DNA of 64,000 nt from Chloroflexota bacterium (lineage in GTDB: Bacteria; Chloroflexota; UBA11872; VXNJ01). The DNA is taken from contig OZ253449.1 of the NCBI GenBank assembly GCA_965261345.1, forward strand, positions 1,632,001-1,696,000. Direction: 5' to 3'. Below the pieces are notes generated by a model. That model saw nothing but the letters and a program-made list of their open reading frames with translations. It did not search any database and was not told the DNA's origin. Made by a program: the position numbers and the translations under genes. Of the stretch, positions 28,550-37,684 are shown in pieces (the first letter of the stretch is position 1; each line of letters starts with the position of its first letter).

Positions 28550-29080
28550 TTGCTAGACCCAACTCCTGCCGGGCCAAAACCGTCCTGGAGCTGGTATGTC
28601 CCCACTCTGCTGGCCGCGCCGATCATCATCGCGCTTGACCAGGCTAGCAAGTTGTTTGTCACCGAATTGCTTTCCGATCAGCCCGGTGGTGCCAGGTGGG
28701 TGGTCGAACCATACCTCAAGCTGCGGCTGGTCCACAACGACGGAATCGTTTTCGGCATATTCTCCGGGGCATTTTCATCCTGGCTGACGATCCTGATCGT
28801 GCTGGCCGCGTTGGCCGCGGTGATCGTCATTTTTCTGCGTTACCTACGCCGGCCGACCTTGTCCGCCCGGGTGGTGCTCGGGTGCATTATCGGCGGGGCA
28901 ATCGGAAATCTGGTCGACCGCTTCCGGCTCGGGTACGTAATTGACTTTGTCGATTTGGGTTGGTGGCCGGTATTTAACCTGGCCGACTCGACCATCAATA
29001 TCGCGATGGCGGCGCTGGTAATCCTGCTGCTGGTGGGCAAATTGGACCACGATCCGGGGCCGGGCGAGCTGGCGCAGTGA
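28550..29080 (+). CDS. lspA: Lipoprotein signal peptidase
   Basis: LDQASK, NDGIVFG, GAIGNLVDR, VFNLAD. Confidence 0.93.
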   Translation: MLDPTPAGPKPSWSWYVPTLLAAPIIIALDQASKLFVTELLSDQPGGARWVVEPYLKLRLVHNDGIVFGIFSGAFSSWLTILIVLAALAAVIVIFLRYLRRPTLSARVVLGCIIGGAIGNLVDRFRLGYVIDFVDLGWWPVFNLADSTINIAMAALVILLLVGKLDHDPGPGELAQ

Positions 29081-30036
29081 GCGAGCCGGAAGCGGCGATT
29101 GAGTTGATGATCAACATCGCCGACCGCGACCGGGGCCAGCGGTTGGACCGAGTAATAAGCGCCCGATTGGACTCGCTCTCGCGCACCGCCATCCAATCAG
29201 CGCTACGCCAGGGCGCCGGTCGGGTAAACGGCAAGACCGGCCGGCCGGCGCAGCGTCTCCACGACGGCGACCAGGTCGAATTCCGCTTCCAGCCCGAATC
29301 GGTGGCCACGATCGTCCCCGAGCCGATTGAATTTGCCGAGCTAGACCAACGTGAGGACGTGCTGGTGCTAGACAAACCGGCTGGCATCGCGGTCCATCCG
29401 GGGACCGGCAATCGCAGCGGCACGCTGGCCAATGGCCTGCTGCTGCGCTACCCCCAGGTGGCCAACGTCGGGGGGCACGACCGCCCCGGAATCGTCCACC
29501 GCCTAGACAAGGGAACCTCCGGGGTCATGCTGGCCGCCCTGTCGCAGCAAGCCTATCTGTACCTGCAGGCCCAGTTTTCAGCGCGACGAGTTGATAAGCG
29601 CTACCTGGCGATCTGTCGTGGCGTACCCGATCCCGCCGCCGCCGTCATCCAGGCGCCGATCGGGCGCGATCCCGCCCGCCCGACCGCGTTTGCGGTTGCG
29701 ACTGCCCGCGGGCGGGAGGCCACCACCCAATACAAGGTCCTATCCAGCACGGCCGACTGTTCGCTGCTGGAATTGCGGCTGTTTACCGGGCGCACCCACC
29801 AGGCCCGGGTGCACATGGCAGCGATCGGTCACCCGCTGCTGGGCGATCACCTCTACGGCGGCGGAAACCATCCCGACCGCCAGATGCTGCACGCATTTAG
29901 CATTGCGCTGCGCCTGCCGTCAGGGGCCGATCGGGTCTGGCGGGCCCCGCTGCCGGCCGATTTTGCCGAATGTGCAAGTCAATCTGGGCTAAAAGTCGGG
30001 CAACTGGAACTGTTCCCCGAACCGGCCGCGCCTTGA
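29077..30036 (+). CDS. rluD: RluA/RluD-family pseudouridine synthase with an S4 domain
   Basis: RLD, DKPAG, GIVHRLDKGTSG, GRTHQ, HPLLGD. Confidence 0.88.
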   Translation: MSEPEAAIELMINIADRDRGQRLDRVISARLDSLSRTAIQSALRQGAGRVNGKTGRPAQRLHDGDQVEFRFQPESVATIVPEPIEFAELDQREDVLVLDKPAGIAVHPGTGNRSGTLANGLLLRYPQVANVGGHDRPGIVHRLDKGTSGVMLAALSQQAYLYLQAQFSARRVDKRYLAICRGVPDPAAAVIQAPIGRDPARPTAFAVATARGREATTQYKVLSSTADCSLLELRLFTGRTHQARVHMAAIGHPLLGDHLYGGGNHPDRQMLHAFSIALRLPSGADRVWRAPLPADFAECASQSGLKVGQLELFPEPAAP

Positions 30037-30141
30037 CAGTATCTGTTTTCCGCGCCGATATCACCGTTCGGGCCAGACTGTGCCTGCGCTGGGCGTCGTC
30101 GCGGCCGTCAAAATCTGGAACCCGATTGGAAAAGATCTGCT

Positions 30142-31308
30142 ATGGAGCCCGATAGCTCAAAGATCAAGATTGAACCGTTCAGGCCACACATCCCCGGGGA
30201 TGTGCTGGCCGATTTGACCGCCCGACTCCGGGCGACCCGTTGGCCCGGCGAGATTGAACACGTCGGTTGGGAGATGGGGTCCGAGCTGGCCTATGTAAAG
30301 GAGCTATGCGGGTACTGGGCCGACCAGTTTGACTGGCCGGCGCAGGAAGCTAGCATCAACCGGTTCCCGCATTTCAAGGCGCGGATCGACGGGCAGAGCA
30401 TCCATTTCATCCATGCCCGCGGAACCGGCCGAAACCCGATCCCGTTGGTGATTACGCACGGGTGGCCCAGCACGTTTGCCGAAATGCTCAAGCTAATCCC
30501 TCTGCTAACCGATCCGGGCAAGCACGGCGCCGACCGCAACGATGCCTTTGATGTGGTGGTCCCGTCGCTGCCCGGCTACGGGTTCTCGGGTCAGCCGCGG
30601 GCGCGTGGGATGAATCCGGTCGCGGTCGCCGGCATCTGGCACCGGCTCATGACCGAGGGGCTCGGCTACCGGCGCTTTTCGGCCCAGGGCGGTGACTGGG
30701 GCGCGGCGGTAACCACGGCGCTGGGGCACGCCTATCCCGCCGACGTTAGTGGAATCCATGTGACCATGTTCGGTGCGGAGTCAACTCCGATCGAACCGGA
30801 TCGATTGAGCGCGGCCGAACTCGACTACCTGGCCCAGCGCCAATGGTGGCGGGCGGCCGAGGGGGCCTACGGGCACCAACACGCCACCAAGCCGCAATCG
30901 CTTGCCTACGGCCTAAACGATTCACCGGCCGGGCTGGCCGGCTGGATCGTGGAGAAGTGGCGGTCCTGGAGCGATTGCGGCGGCGACCTGGAGTCGCGTT
31001 TTGGCAAGGACGAACTGCTCACCCACCTCACCATCTACTGGGCTACCGCAACGATCGCCTCCTCGATCCGGCTGTACTTTGAGCGCAACCGGGCGCCGCT
31101 GGTGCTCTCCGAGCAGGAAAGGGTCCAGGTCCCAACTGCATTCGCCCGCTTTCCGGTCGAGATCAGCTATCCGCCGAAGGAGTGGCTCGAGCGCTTCTTC
31201 AATCTGGTCCGCTACACCGAAATGGAAACCGGTGGCCATTTCGCCGCAGCCGAAGAACCAGAGCTGCTAGCTGCCGACATTCGCGCCGCTTTCAGGTTCC
31301 TAAGGTGA
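30142..31308 (+). CDS. Epoxide hydrolase (microsomal-type alpha/beta hydrolase)
   Basis: RLRATRWP, HGWP, PSLPGYGFS, QGGDWG, GGHFAAAE. Confidence 0.93.
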   Translation: MEPDSSKIKIEPFRPHIPGDVLADLTARLRATRWPGEIEHVGWEMGSELAYVKELCGYWADQFDWPAQEASINRFPHFKARIDGQSIHFIHARGTGRNPIPLVITHGWPSTFAEMLKLIPLLTDPGKHGADRNDAFDVVVPSLPGYGFSGQPRARGMNPVAVAGIWHRLMTEGLGYRRFSAQGGDWGAAVTTALGHAYPADVSGIHVTMFGAESTPIEPDRLSAAELDYLAQRQWWRAAEGAYGHQHATKPQSLAYGLNDSPAGLAGWIVEKWRSWSDCGGDLESRFGKDELLTHLTIYWATATIASSIRLYFERNRAPLVLSEQERVQVPTAFARFPVEISYPPKEWLERFFNLVRYTEMETGGHFAAAEEPELLAADIRAAFRFLR

Positions 31309-31520
31309 GCTGCGCCTGGCTGACCGTCGGCGCTCTGAAATTTCCACGACAACCTGAACCGACCCGGTCAAATTTCCCAGGTGTTACCCGCGAGTGCCCG
31401 CTGGTATGGCAGCGCAAATTGAAAGCGTGACCCAACCGACAACAACCGCCTGACCCTAATAGGGCCCAACCTTGGCCAGGCCGATCCAATACCCGGCGCG
31501 CAGGCCGTCCGACTCGCGAT

Positions 31521-31709
31521 CTAGCGGGGCAATCGAGGGTGGAGTAAAAACTGGTCCAATTCCTCAGCATAGCGCAACTTAACCCCCAGCGAATAACAGG
31601 TGATGGCAAGTAGCAGCACCACCAGGTTGGGGATAAAAAAGATGCCGGCAAAGGCGATGGAACCAGTCACCAGCAGCACCCCACCGAGAGATTTTTTGTC
31701 GGTAGGCAT
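31521..31709 (-). CDS. Possible small membrane protein
   Basis: 62 aa with two hydrophobic stretches, in an otherwise empty intergenic gap. Confidence 0.35.
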   Translation of the reverse strand: MPTDKKSLGGVLLVTGSIAFAGIFFIPNLVVLLLAITCYSLGVKLRYAEELDQFLLHPRLPR

Positions 31710-31836
31710 TAAATTTCCCAGCAGCGGTACGCGCTTTGGACAATGCTAGCCCGCTGTGGCCGGGGCCAGCCGGAATGGGTGGTTGAAGTGGCTATTGGCC
31801 ACCCGGTGAGCCTCAACGATTCGGCCCGCAACTGCC

Positions 31837-32625
31837 CTAGCTGCGTGGAGCTGCTGACTCTGAGCTGGGAGCGTCCACGCGCGGTTGGGCAAATCCGGCC
31901 AACAGCACGCCAAGTTCATAGAGCAGGTACATCGGGATCGCCACCGCCATCTGGGTGAACGGGTCCGGGGTCGGCGTGATCACCGCCGCCACGATTACGA
32001 TCACCACGATCGAGTAGCGCCTAAACCCCTTGAGCCGCTTGGCGCTAACAATCCGGAATTTGGCCAGTAGGAAGATCGCAAATGGCGTCTCAAAGACCAA
32101 CCCCACTATCAGCAGCATGCGCGAGACAAAACTCACGTATGAATCGATGCTCAGTTCGGTGTTGATGTCGTCGGGCGCAAATCCGGTCAGGAAATTTAGG
32201 GTGAAGCGCAAGATCACGAACCAGCAGAACATCACGCCGATGAAAAACATCGCCAGCATCGCCGGGATCGACGCGTAGAAGAGCCGTTTTTCGTTCGGAT
32301 AAAGGCCGGGCGAGACGTAGGCCATTACCTGGTAGAGCACCACCGGCGAGGCGATCCCAATGCCGCCTAGCACGGCAACTTTAAAAAAGGAGAAGAACGC
32401 CTCGGTGGGTTCGATTTGCTGCAGGCTCACATCTGGACCCAGCGGGGATTGCATCAGTTCGAAGATGAAATCCTTAAATGGCCAGAAAGCCAACGAGCAC
32501 ACCAGTACCGCTACCACCGATATGGTCAGCCGCCAGCGAAATTCGAGCAGGTGTTCACGAAGGGTCATCGCCCCTTCGTCGCGGGGTTGCCCGGCGGCCG
32601 GTCCAATTGGCGGAGAAGTTGCCAT
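31837..32625 (-). CDS. tatC: Twin-arginine translocase subunit TatC
   Basis: MTLREHLLEFRWRL, PGLYPNEK, FETP, ITPTPDP, LYE. Confidence 0.95.
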   Translation of the reverse strand: MATSPPIGPAAGQPRDEGAMTLREHLLEFRWRLTISVVAVLVCSLAFWPFKDFIFELMQSPLGPDVSLQQIEPTEAFFSFFKVAVLGGIGIASPVVLYQVMAYVSPGLYPNEKRLFYASIPAMLAMFFIGVMFCWFVILRFTLNFLTGFAPDDINTELSIDSYVSFVSRMLLIVGLVFETPFAIFLLAKFRIVSAKRLKGFRRYSIVVIVIVAAVITPTPDPFTQMAVAIPMYLLYELGVLLAGFAQPRVDAPSSESAAPRS

Positions 32626-33083
32626 CAGGGCGACTTCTCACCGGGCGGAATCACCCCGGTTTTCTCGGCAATGGTCCGCAACATGCCGTTGATGTAGCCC
32701 GCGGCCGCCGGGGCCGCGTAGATCTTGGCTAGTTCAACCGCCTCGTTGATTACCACCGCGGCGGGGGTCAGCCGGGTCCGAAATTCGGCCACCGCCAGCT
32801 GGAGGATCGACAGCTCAACCGGCGACCCGTATATCAGGTCCCAGTCGGTGGAGGCCGCAATCATCGCATTGATATTGCTCTTGTGCGCCTGGCGCGTGGT
32901 AAGCAACTCCTTGGCAAACGCCAGACCCTCTTCATTTAGGGAGTCCCCGCCATCAACCCCGGCCAGGATGTCAAGCGGATCGCTGCGGGCCACATTGGCC
33001 GCATACAGCGCCTGAAATGCGCAGCGCCGAGCGTCGTAGCGCTTGTGCCGGTAGCGTGGCTTGGGTTCTTCGGTATCAGTCAT
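32625..33083 (-). CDS. nusB: Transcription antitermination factor NusB
   Basis: ARRCAFQALY, VVINEAVELAKIY, YINGML. Confidence 0.9.
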   Translation of the reverse strand: MTDTEEPKPRYRHKRYDARRCAFQALYAANVARSDPLDILAGVDGGDSLNEEGLAFAKELLTTRQAHKSNINAMIAASTDWDLIYGSPVELSILQLAVAEFRTRLTPAAVVINEAVELAKIYAAPAAAGYINGMLRTIAEKTGVIPPGEKSP

Positions 33084-33093
33084 TTGCGCTTTT

Positions 33094-34437
33094 TCAAGCC
33101 GGTGCCAGTAAGCCCGGGACCGCGTCGAGGGTGTGGGTGCCCGATATAAACGTCGGATCTTCTAATACCCGCCGCAGATAGGGCAGGTTGGTGGCGATGC
33201 CCTCGACCTGGACCTCGGCCAGGGCGGTGCGGGTGGCCGAAATCGCAGAAATCCGGGTGGGACTGTGACAGATTATCTTGGCCAGTAGGGAATCGTATTC
33301 GATGGGTACCGTGTAGCCGGCGTAGATGTGTGAGTCCACCCGCACTCCCGGTCCGCCGGGGAGCGAGAGATGGGTAACGCGCCCCGCCGACGGCGCCCAG
33401 TCGTTTTCCGAATCTTCGGCGATCAGGCGACATTCGATCGCGTGGCCGGTCGGTTTGACGTCGCCCTGCTTGAAATTTATCCGCTCGCCGGCGGCGATCC
33501 GGATCTGCCACTGCACCAGATCGATCCCGGTGAGCATCTCTGAAACCGGGTGCTCGACCTGGATGCGGGCGTTGAGTTCGATGAAATAGAAGTCGTCGTT
33601 CTGGTCGACTAGGAACTCGACCGTGCCGGCGCTCTTGTACTTGAGTTCCCGCGCCAACTTGGTCGCGGCCGAGGCGATCCGATTGCGCAATTTGTCGTTT
33701 AACGACGGCGAAGGCGCCTCTTCGATCACCTTTTGGTGACGCCGTTGGACCGAGCAGTCGCGTTCCCCCAGATGCCGGATGTTGCGTCCGTCACCCAGGA
33801 TCTGGATCTCGACGTGGCGGGCCCCCTCAACTAAGCGTTCCAGGTAGAGATCGGCACTGTCAAACGATGCTCCGGCCTCCGACTGGGCCTGCGGGAACGC
33901 ATGCATGAGCTCAGAGAAATTGGAGATGCGGCGCATCCCTCGTCCGCCGCCGCCGGCCGAGGCCTTGAGCATTGCGGGAGTTCCGATCTTGGCCAACGCA
34001 TCCCCGGCCGAGCGCAGGTCGCGCAATGGTTCGGGCGAGGAATCCAGGATCGGCAGGTCAGCCTCGCGGGCCGCGGCGATCGCCCGCGACTTGTTGCCGG
34101 CGGCGGCCAATTGGTCGGGATCAGGGCCGATGTTGATCAGGCCGTATTCGCGGCAGACCTCGGCAAACATCGGGCTCTCGGCTAAGAAACCGGCCCCGGG
34201 ATGGATCGCCTGGGCCCCGACATTGCGGGCGGCGGCGATGACATTGGGAACGTGCAGGTAGCTCTCGGCGGCGGCGCCCGGCCCGATACAGACGGCTTCG
34301 TCGGCCAGTCGAACATGCAGGTTGTCGGCGTCGACTTCGGAATAGACGGCGGCGGTCTTGATCCCCAATTCGCGACAGGCCCTAATGACTCGTACGGCGA
34401 TCTCGCCTCGATTGGCAATGAGTATCTTCTCAAACAT
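33094..34437 (-). CDS. accC: Acetyl-CoA carboxylase biotin carboxylase
   Basis: ANRGEIA, GGGGRGM, RDCSVQRRHQK, RIQVEHPV. Confidence 0.95.
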   Translation of the reverse strand: MFEKILIANRGEIAVRVIRACRELGIKTAAVYSEVDADNLHVRLADEAVCIGPGAAAESYLHVPNVIAAARNVGAQAIHPGAGFLAESPMFAEVCREYGLINIGPDPDQLAAAGNKSRAIAAAREADLPILDSSPEPLRDLRSAGDALAKIGTPAMLKASAGGGGRGMRRISNFSELMHAFPQAQSEAGASFDSADLYLERLVEGARHVEIQILGDGRNIRHLGERDCSVQRRHQKVIEEAPSPSLNDKLRNRIASAATKLARELKYKSAGTVEFLVDQNDDFYFIELNARIQVEHPVSEMLTGIDLVQWQIRIAAGERINFKQGDVKPTGHAIECRLIAEDSENDWAPSAGRVTHLSLPGGPGVRVDSHIYAGYTVPIEYDSLLAKIICHSPTRISAISATRTALAEVQVEGIATNLPYLRRVLEDPTFISGTHTLDAVPGLLAPA

Positions 34438-34442
34438 CGGTC

Positions 34443-35195
34443 CTACATCACCAGTCCACCGTCGACCACCAGGGCCTGTCCGGTAATGTAACCGGCCCGG
34501 TCCGACGCCAAATAGCCGACTAGTCCGGCCACCTCGTCGGGCTCACCCAACCGGCCGAGCGGAATCATCGCCAGTACTTTGTCTAGCATCGCGGGGCTGA
34601 TCGCCCGGGCCATCGGTGATTCGATAAACCCCGGGGCGATCGCGTTGGCGGTGATGTTGCGCGGCCCCAGCTCGCGCGCCAGCGCCCGGGTGAACCCGAT
34701 CAACCCGGCCTTGGCGGCTGAATAGTTGGCCTGGCCGGCGTTGCCGGAGATCCCGGCCACCGAGGCGATATTGATGATTCGCCCCCAACGGGCCCGAACC
34801 ATCGGGCGCAGGGCCGCCCGGCAGGTCAGATAGGCCGAGGTGAGGTTGGTGTCGATGACCGCCTGCCAGTCCTGCGGCGACATGCGCGCCAGGAGCCCGT
34901 CGCGGGTTATGCCGGCGTTGTTGACCAGGATATGGACCGACAGGCCAAGGTCGTCAATCTGGGCAAAAAGGGAATCGACACCCGCCTTGGCCGAAAGATC
35001 GGCACCGACTGGTCGGGCCTGCCCGCCGCGGTCGGAAATCGCCTGAGCCAGCTTCCCCGCCGCCTCGGCGTTGGAGTTGTAATGGACCAGCAGATTGGCG
35101 CCGGCCGCGGCCAGTTGGGAAGCGATCGCCGACCCGATCGCCCCGGAGGCGCCGGTCACCAACGCGGTGCGTCCAGCCAACGATTGCTCAGCCAT
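34443..35195 (-). CDS. fabG: 3-oxoacyl-ACP reductase
   Basis: TGASGAIG, NNAGITRD, YSAAK. Confidence 0.94.
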   Translation of the reverse strand: MAEQSLAGRTALVTGASGAIGSAIASQLAAAGANLLVHYNSNAEAAGKLAQAISDRGGQARPVGADLSAKAGVDSLFAQIDDLGLSVHILVNNAGITRDGLLARMSPQDWQAVIDTNLTSAYLTCRAALRPMVRARWGRIINIASVAGISGNAGQANYSAAKAGLIGFTRALARELGPRNITANAIAPGFIESPMARAISPAMLDKVLAMIPLGRLGEPDEVAGLVGYLASDRAGYITGQALVVDGGLVM

Positions 35196-36192
35196 CGCAA
35201 TTACCTGCCAAGGATGCGGTCAGGACCCTGATTTCATCCGCCTCGCCGGCAGGTAGCACCTTGCCCTGCTCCAGGGTCCGGCTGACCGTTCCGGCGAGCA
35301 CATTGCCCGGCCCGACTTCAAAGAATGATCTTATCCCGTATCCAAACAGGGTCTTTAGGCTTTTAGACCACTGCACCGGCGCCAGAATTTGGGCGGCGAT
35401 TTCACGGCGGATCGACTCGGCATCGCAGAGCGGATGGGCGGAAATGTTGGAGATCACCCTGATCTGGGGATCGACGATTTCCACCCCTTGCAAATGGCAT
35501 TCCAGCTCTTGTGCTGCCGGCTCCATCGCGGCCGAATGAAAAGCGGCGCTGACCGGGAGGGCGATCGCCCGTCGGAACCCGGCCGACCGGGCCAGTTGCG
35601 ACGCCCGTCCGATCGACCGCAGGTCGCCGGCGATTACCGTCTGGCCCGGGGCGTTTATGTTGGCCACCGACAGGATTGCCGCGTCGGCCTCATCGCGCAC
35701 TTTTTGGCAGAGCTCGTGGGCGGCCGCCAGGTCGCCGCCGATTAGCGCTGACATCGAACCGGGAATCTTGGTTCCGGCACGGTCCATGGCGTCTGCCCGC
35801 AGGGCGACTACGGCCAGCGCGGCAGAAATCGAAATCGCCCCGGCCGCCGCCAGCGCCGAGATCTCACCAACCGAGTGCCCGGCGAGCGCGGTTGGTGGAT
35901 TGGGGGCGGTCGCCAACCTCACCGGATCGGCGGCGGTAGCCCCGCCAGAGGCTTCCAGCGCCGCCGCCAGGATCGCCAGTTCGCAGGCCACCAGGCAGGG
36001 TTGGAGGGTTCGGGTGCGTACCAGCATCTCGGGCGGGCCATCAAAGCAGAGCCGCGTTAGCGGGAGCCGGGTTACCTGTTCGGCCAGCTCAAATACGTCC
36101 CTGGCGCTTTTCCATCCAGCCGCGGCCGCACTCCCCATCCCGACCTTCTGTGAGGCCTGACCTGGAAATACGAGACCGTAGGGAGCCGTCAT
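35188..36192 (-). CDS. fabD: Malonyl-CoA:ACP transacylase
   Basis: FPGQ, GHSVGE, AFHS, EVGPG. Confidence 0.93.
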   Translation of the reverse strand: MTAPYGLVFPGQASQKVGMGSAAAAGWKSARDVFELAEQVTRLPLTRLCFDGPPEMLVRTRTLQPCLVACELAILAAALEASGGATAADPVRLATAPNPPTALAGHSVGEISALAAAGAISISAALAVVALRADAMDRAGTKIPGSMSALIGGDLAAAHELCQKVRDEADAAILSVANINAPGQTVIAGDLRSIGRASQLARSAGFRRAIALPVSAAFHSAAMEPAAQELECHLQGVEIVDPQIRVISNISAHPLCDAESIRREIAAQILAPVQWSKSLKTLFGYGIRSFFEVGPGNVLAGTVSRTLEQGKVLPAGEADEIRVLTASLAGNCDG

Positions 36193-36247
36193 CGGGTGCT
36201 GCTCCGGTTGACCGCCGGGCGGCGGCGGACGGTCCGGCGCAGGTCGG

Positions 36248-36448
36248 TTAGCGGTACTTGAGGTTGGGGCGCTCGAGCTGGGCGACGTCGGTGCGGCGGT
36301 AGTACCCGCAGGCTGAACAGACCACGTGCGAAGGAACCAGTGCGTTGCAGTTGTGGCAGTGCTGCATCTGGCGGGGCGTTAGGGCGTGGTGTGCACGGCG
36401 ATTGCCGCGACGCCGGCGCGTGATTCGTTGCTTTGGCAGTGCGCCCAT
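36248..36448 (-). CDS. rpmF: 50S ribosomal protein L32 (zinc-binding type)
   Basis: MGALPKQR..RRAH..CHNC..HVVCSACGYY. Confidence 0.95.
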   Translation of the reverse strand: MGALPKQRITRRRRGNRRAHHALTPRQMQHCHNCNALVPSHVVCSACGYYRRTDVAQLERPNLKYR

Positions 36449-36449
36449 A

Positions 36450-37001
36450 TCAAGCGTCCTCGGCTTCGTCGGGTGGCGGAAACATATCGGCCATCAGTTT
36501 TCTGATTGGCTCCAGCCGGGGGTCGATGGTTGAGCCCTGGCCGGATGTGGCCGTGAATGCAGATTTTACCTGTTCGTAGCGGTCGCAGCTCCCCTGGCAA
36601 TCGGGGAAGGGATTGAGTTCGGCAAGGATCGTCTGGAGCACCTGGTCGACCAGGTCGATGCGACCGTCTTCGGAGATCGGGCCCACATCGGGATCGAATT
36701 TTTTCGAATTTGGATCCAGGTCGGGCCTCCCCCGCGGTACGAATTGGGCGGAGAGATCCAGTTCCAGATTGCGCGGCAGCGGCTCCAGGCAGAGTCGACA
36801 GTCCTCGTTGACCTCGGCCTGCACATTCCCCGCGACTACGATCTCGGTGCCTGAGCGGTAGGCTCGCGCCCGCCCGCTGACCGGGCCGGCCAGTTCCGGG
36901 ATCGCCTCGCGCAAATCGATGTTGATCAATTTTTCGACATGGTCGCCGGCGCCCGCCCCTTCAAGCGGGTTAACGTCTACGGTCAGTGCGGCGTGGGCCA
37001 T
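36450..37001 (-). CDS. DUF177 / YceD family protein
   Basis: CRLCL and DCQGSC motifs, IDPRL; directly upstream of rpmF. Confidence 0.85.
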   Translation of the reverse strand: MAHAALTVDVNPLEGAGAGDHVEKLINIDLREAIPELAGPVSGRARAYRSGTEIVVAGNVQAEVNEDCRLCLEPLPRNLELDLSAQFVPRGRPDLDPNSKKFDPDVGPISEDGRIDLVDQVLQTILAELNPFPDCQGSCDRYEQVKSAFTATSGQGSTIDPRLEPIRKLMADMFPPPDEAEDA

Positions 37002-37048
37002 GTTTTGGAACTGCAAAATTGGTACTGAGAGATCGTTAATTTTTATAT

Positions 37049-37684
37049 ATGTTCTCCGGAAATCTCTTGCCTGAAACTGAACCTGACAACGCAAACCGCC
37101 CCCGGTCCGTAGGCGCGGGCCGGCTGTTCGTCATAACCGGATCGTCGGGCTCGGGCAAGGACGCCCTAATCGAGCAGCTTTTGGTCGAGCGCCCCAATCT
37201 GCGTCGGGCGGTCACCGCGGTTACCCGATCTCCGAGAGAAAACGAGCGCGATGGGGTAAACCACTTTTTCCTCATCGATAGCGAGTTTGACCGCTGGCTC
37301 GCCGATGGGAGGTTCTTAGAGTGGGCGAATGTGTTTGGCCTCCGTTACGGGACCCCCCGAAAAGAGGTTGACAGTCTGCTGGAGCAGGGGTTTGACGTGG
37401 TCCTGCGGATCGACCCGCAGGGTGCGGCCAGCGTCCGTCGGCAGCGCCCTGGCACCCCGGTGATCTATCTGCGGACCGAGGGCCGCTCGGAGCTGGCGCG
37501 GCGCCTGCGCGCGCGCGGCGAGGACGAGCAGGTGCTGGCCCGGCGGATGGAGGAATTTGCCGCCGACGAGGAGTTTGCGGCCAGCTGCCAATACCAGGTC
37601 CTAAATTCGCGCGGCTGCCTGCGGGCGGCCTGTGCGGCGGTGGCCGCCATCGTCTCCGATCCTGCCGGTGGACCGTCAACATGA
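37049..37684 (+). CDS. gmk: Guanylate kinase
   Basis: GSSGSGKD, TRSPRENE.DG, FLEWA, YGT, IDPQG; start could be TTG at 37067. Confidence 0.93.
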   Translation: MFSGNLLPETEPDNANRPRSVGAGRLFVITGSSGSGKDALIEQLLVERPNLRRAVTAVTRSPRENERDGVNHFFLIDSEFDRWLADGRFLEWANVFGLRYGTPRKEVDSLLEQGFDVVLRIDPQGAASVRRQRPGTPVIYLRTEGRSELARRLRARGEDEQVLARRMEEFAADEEFAASCQYQVLNSRGCLRAACAAVAAIVSDPAGGPST

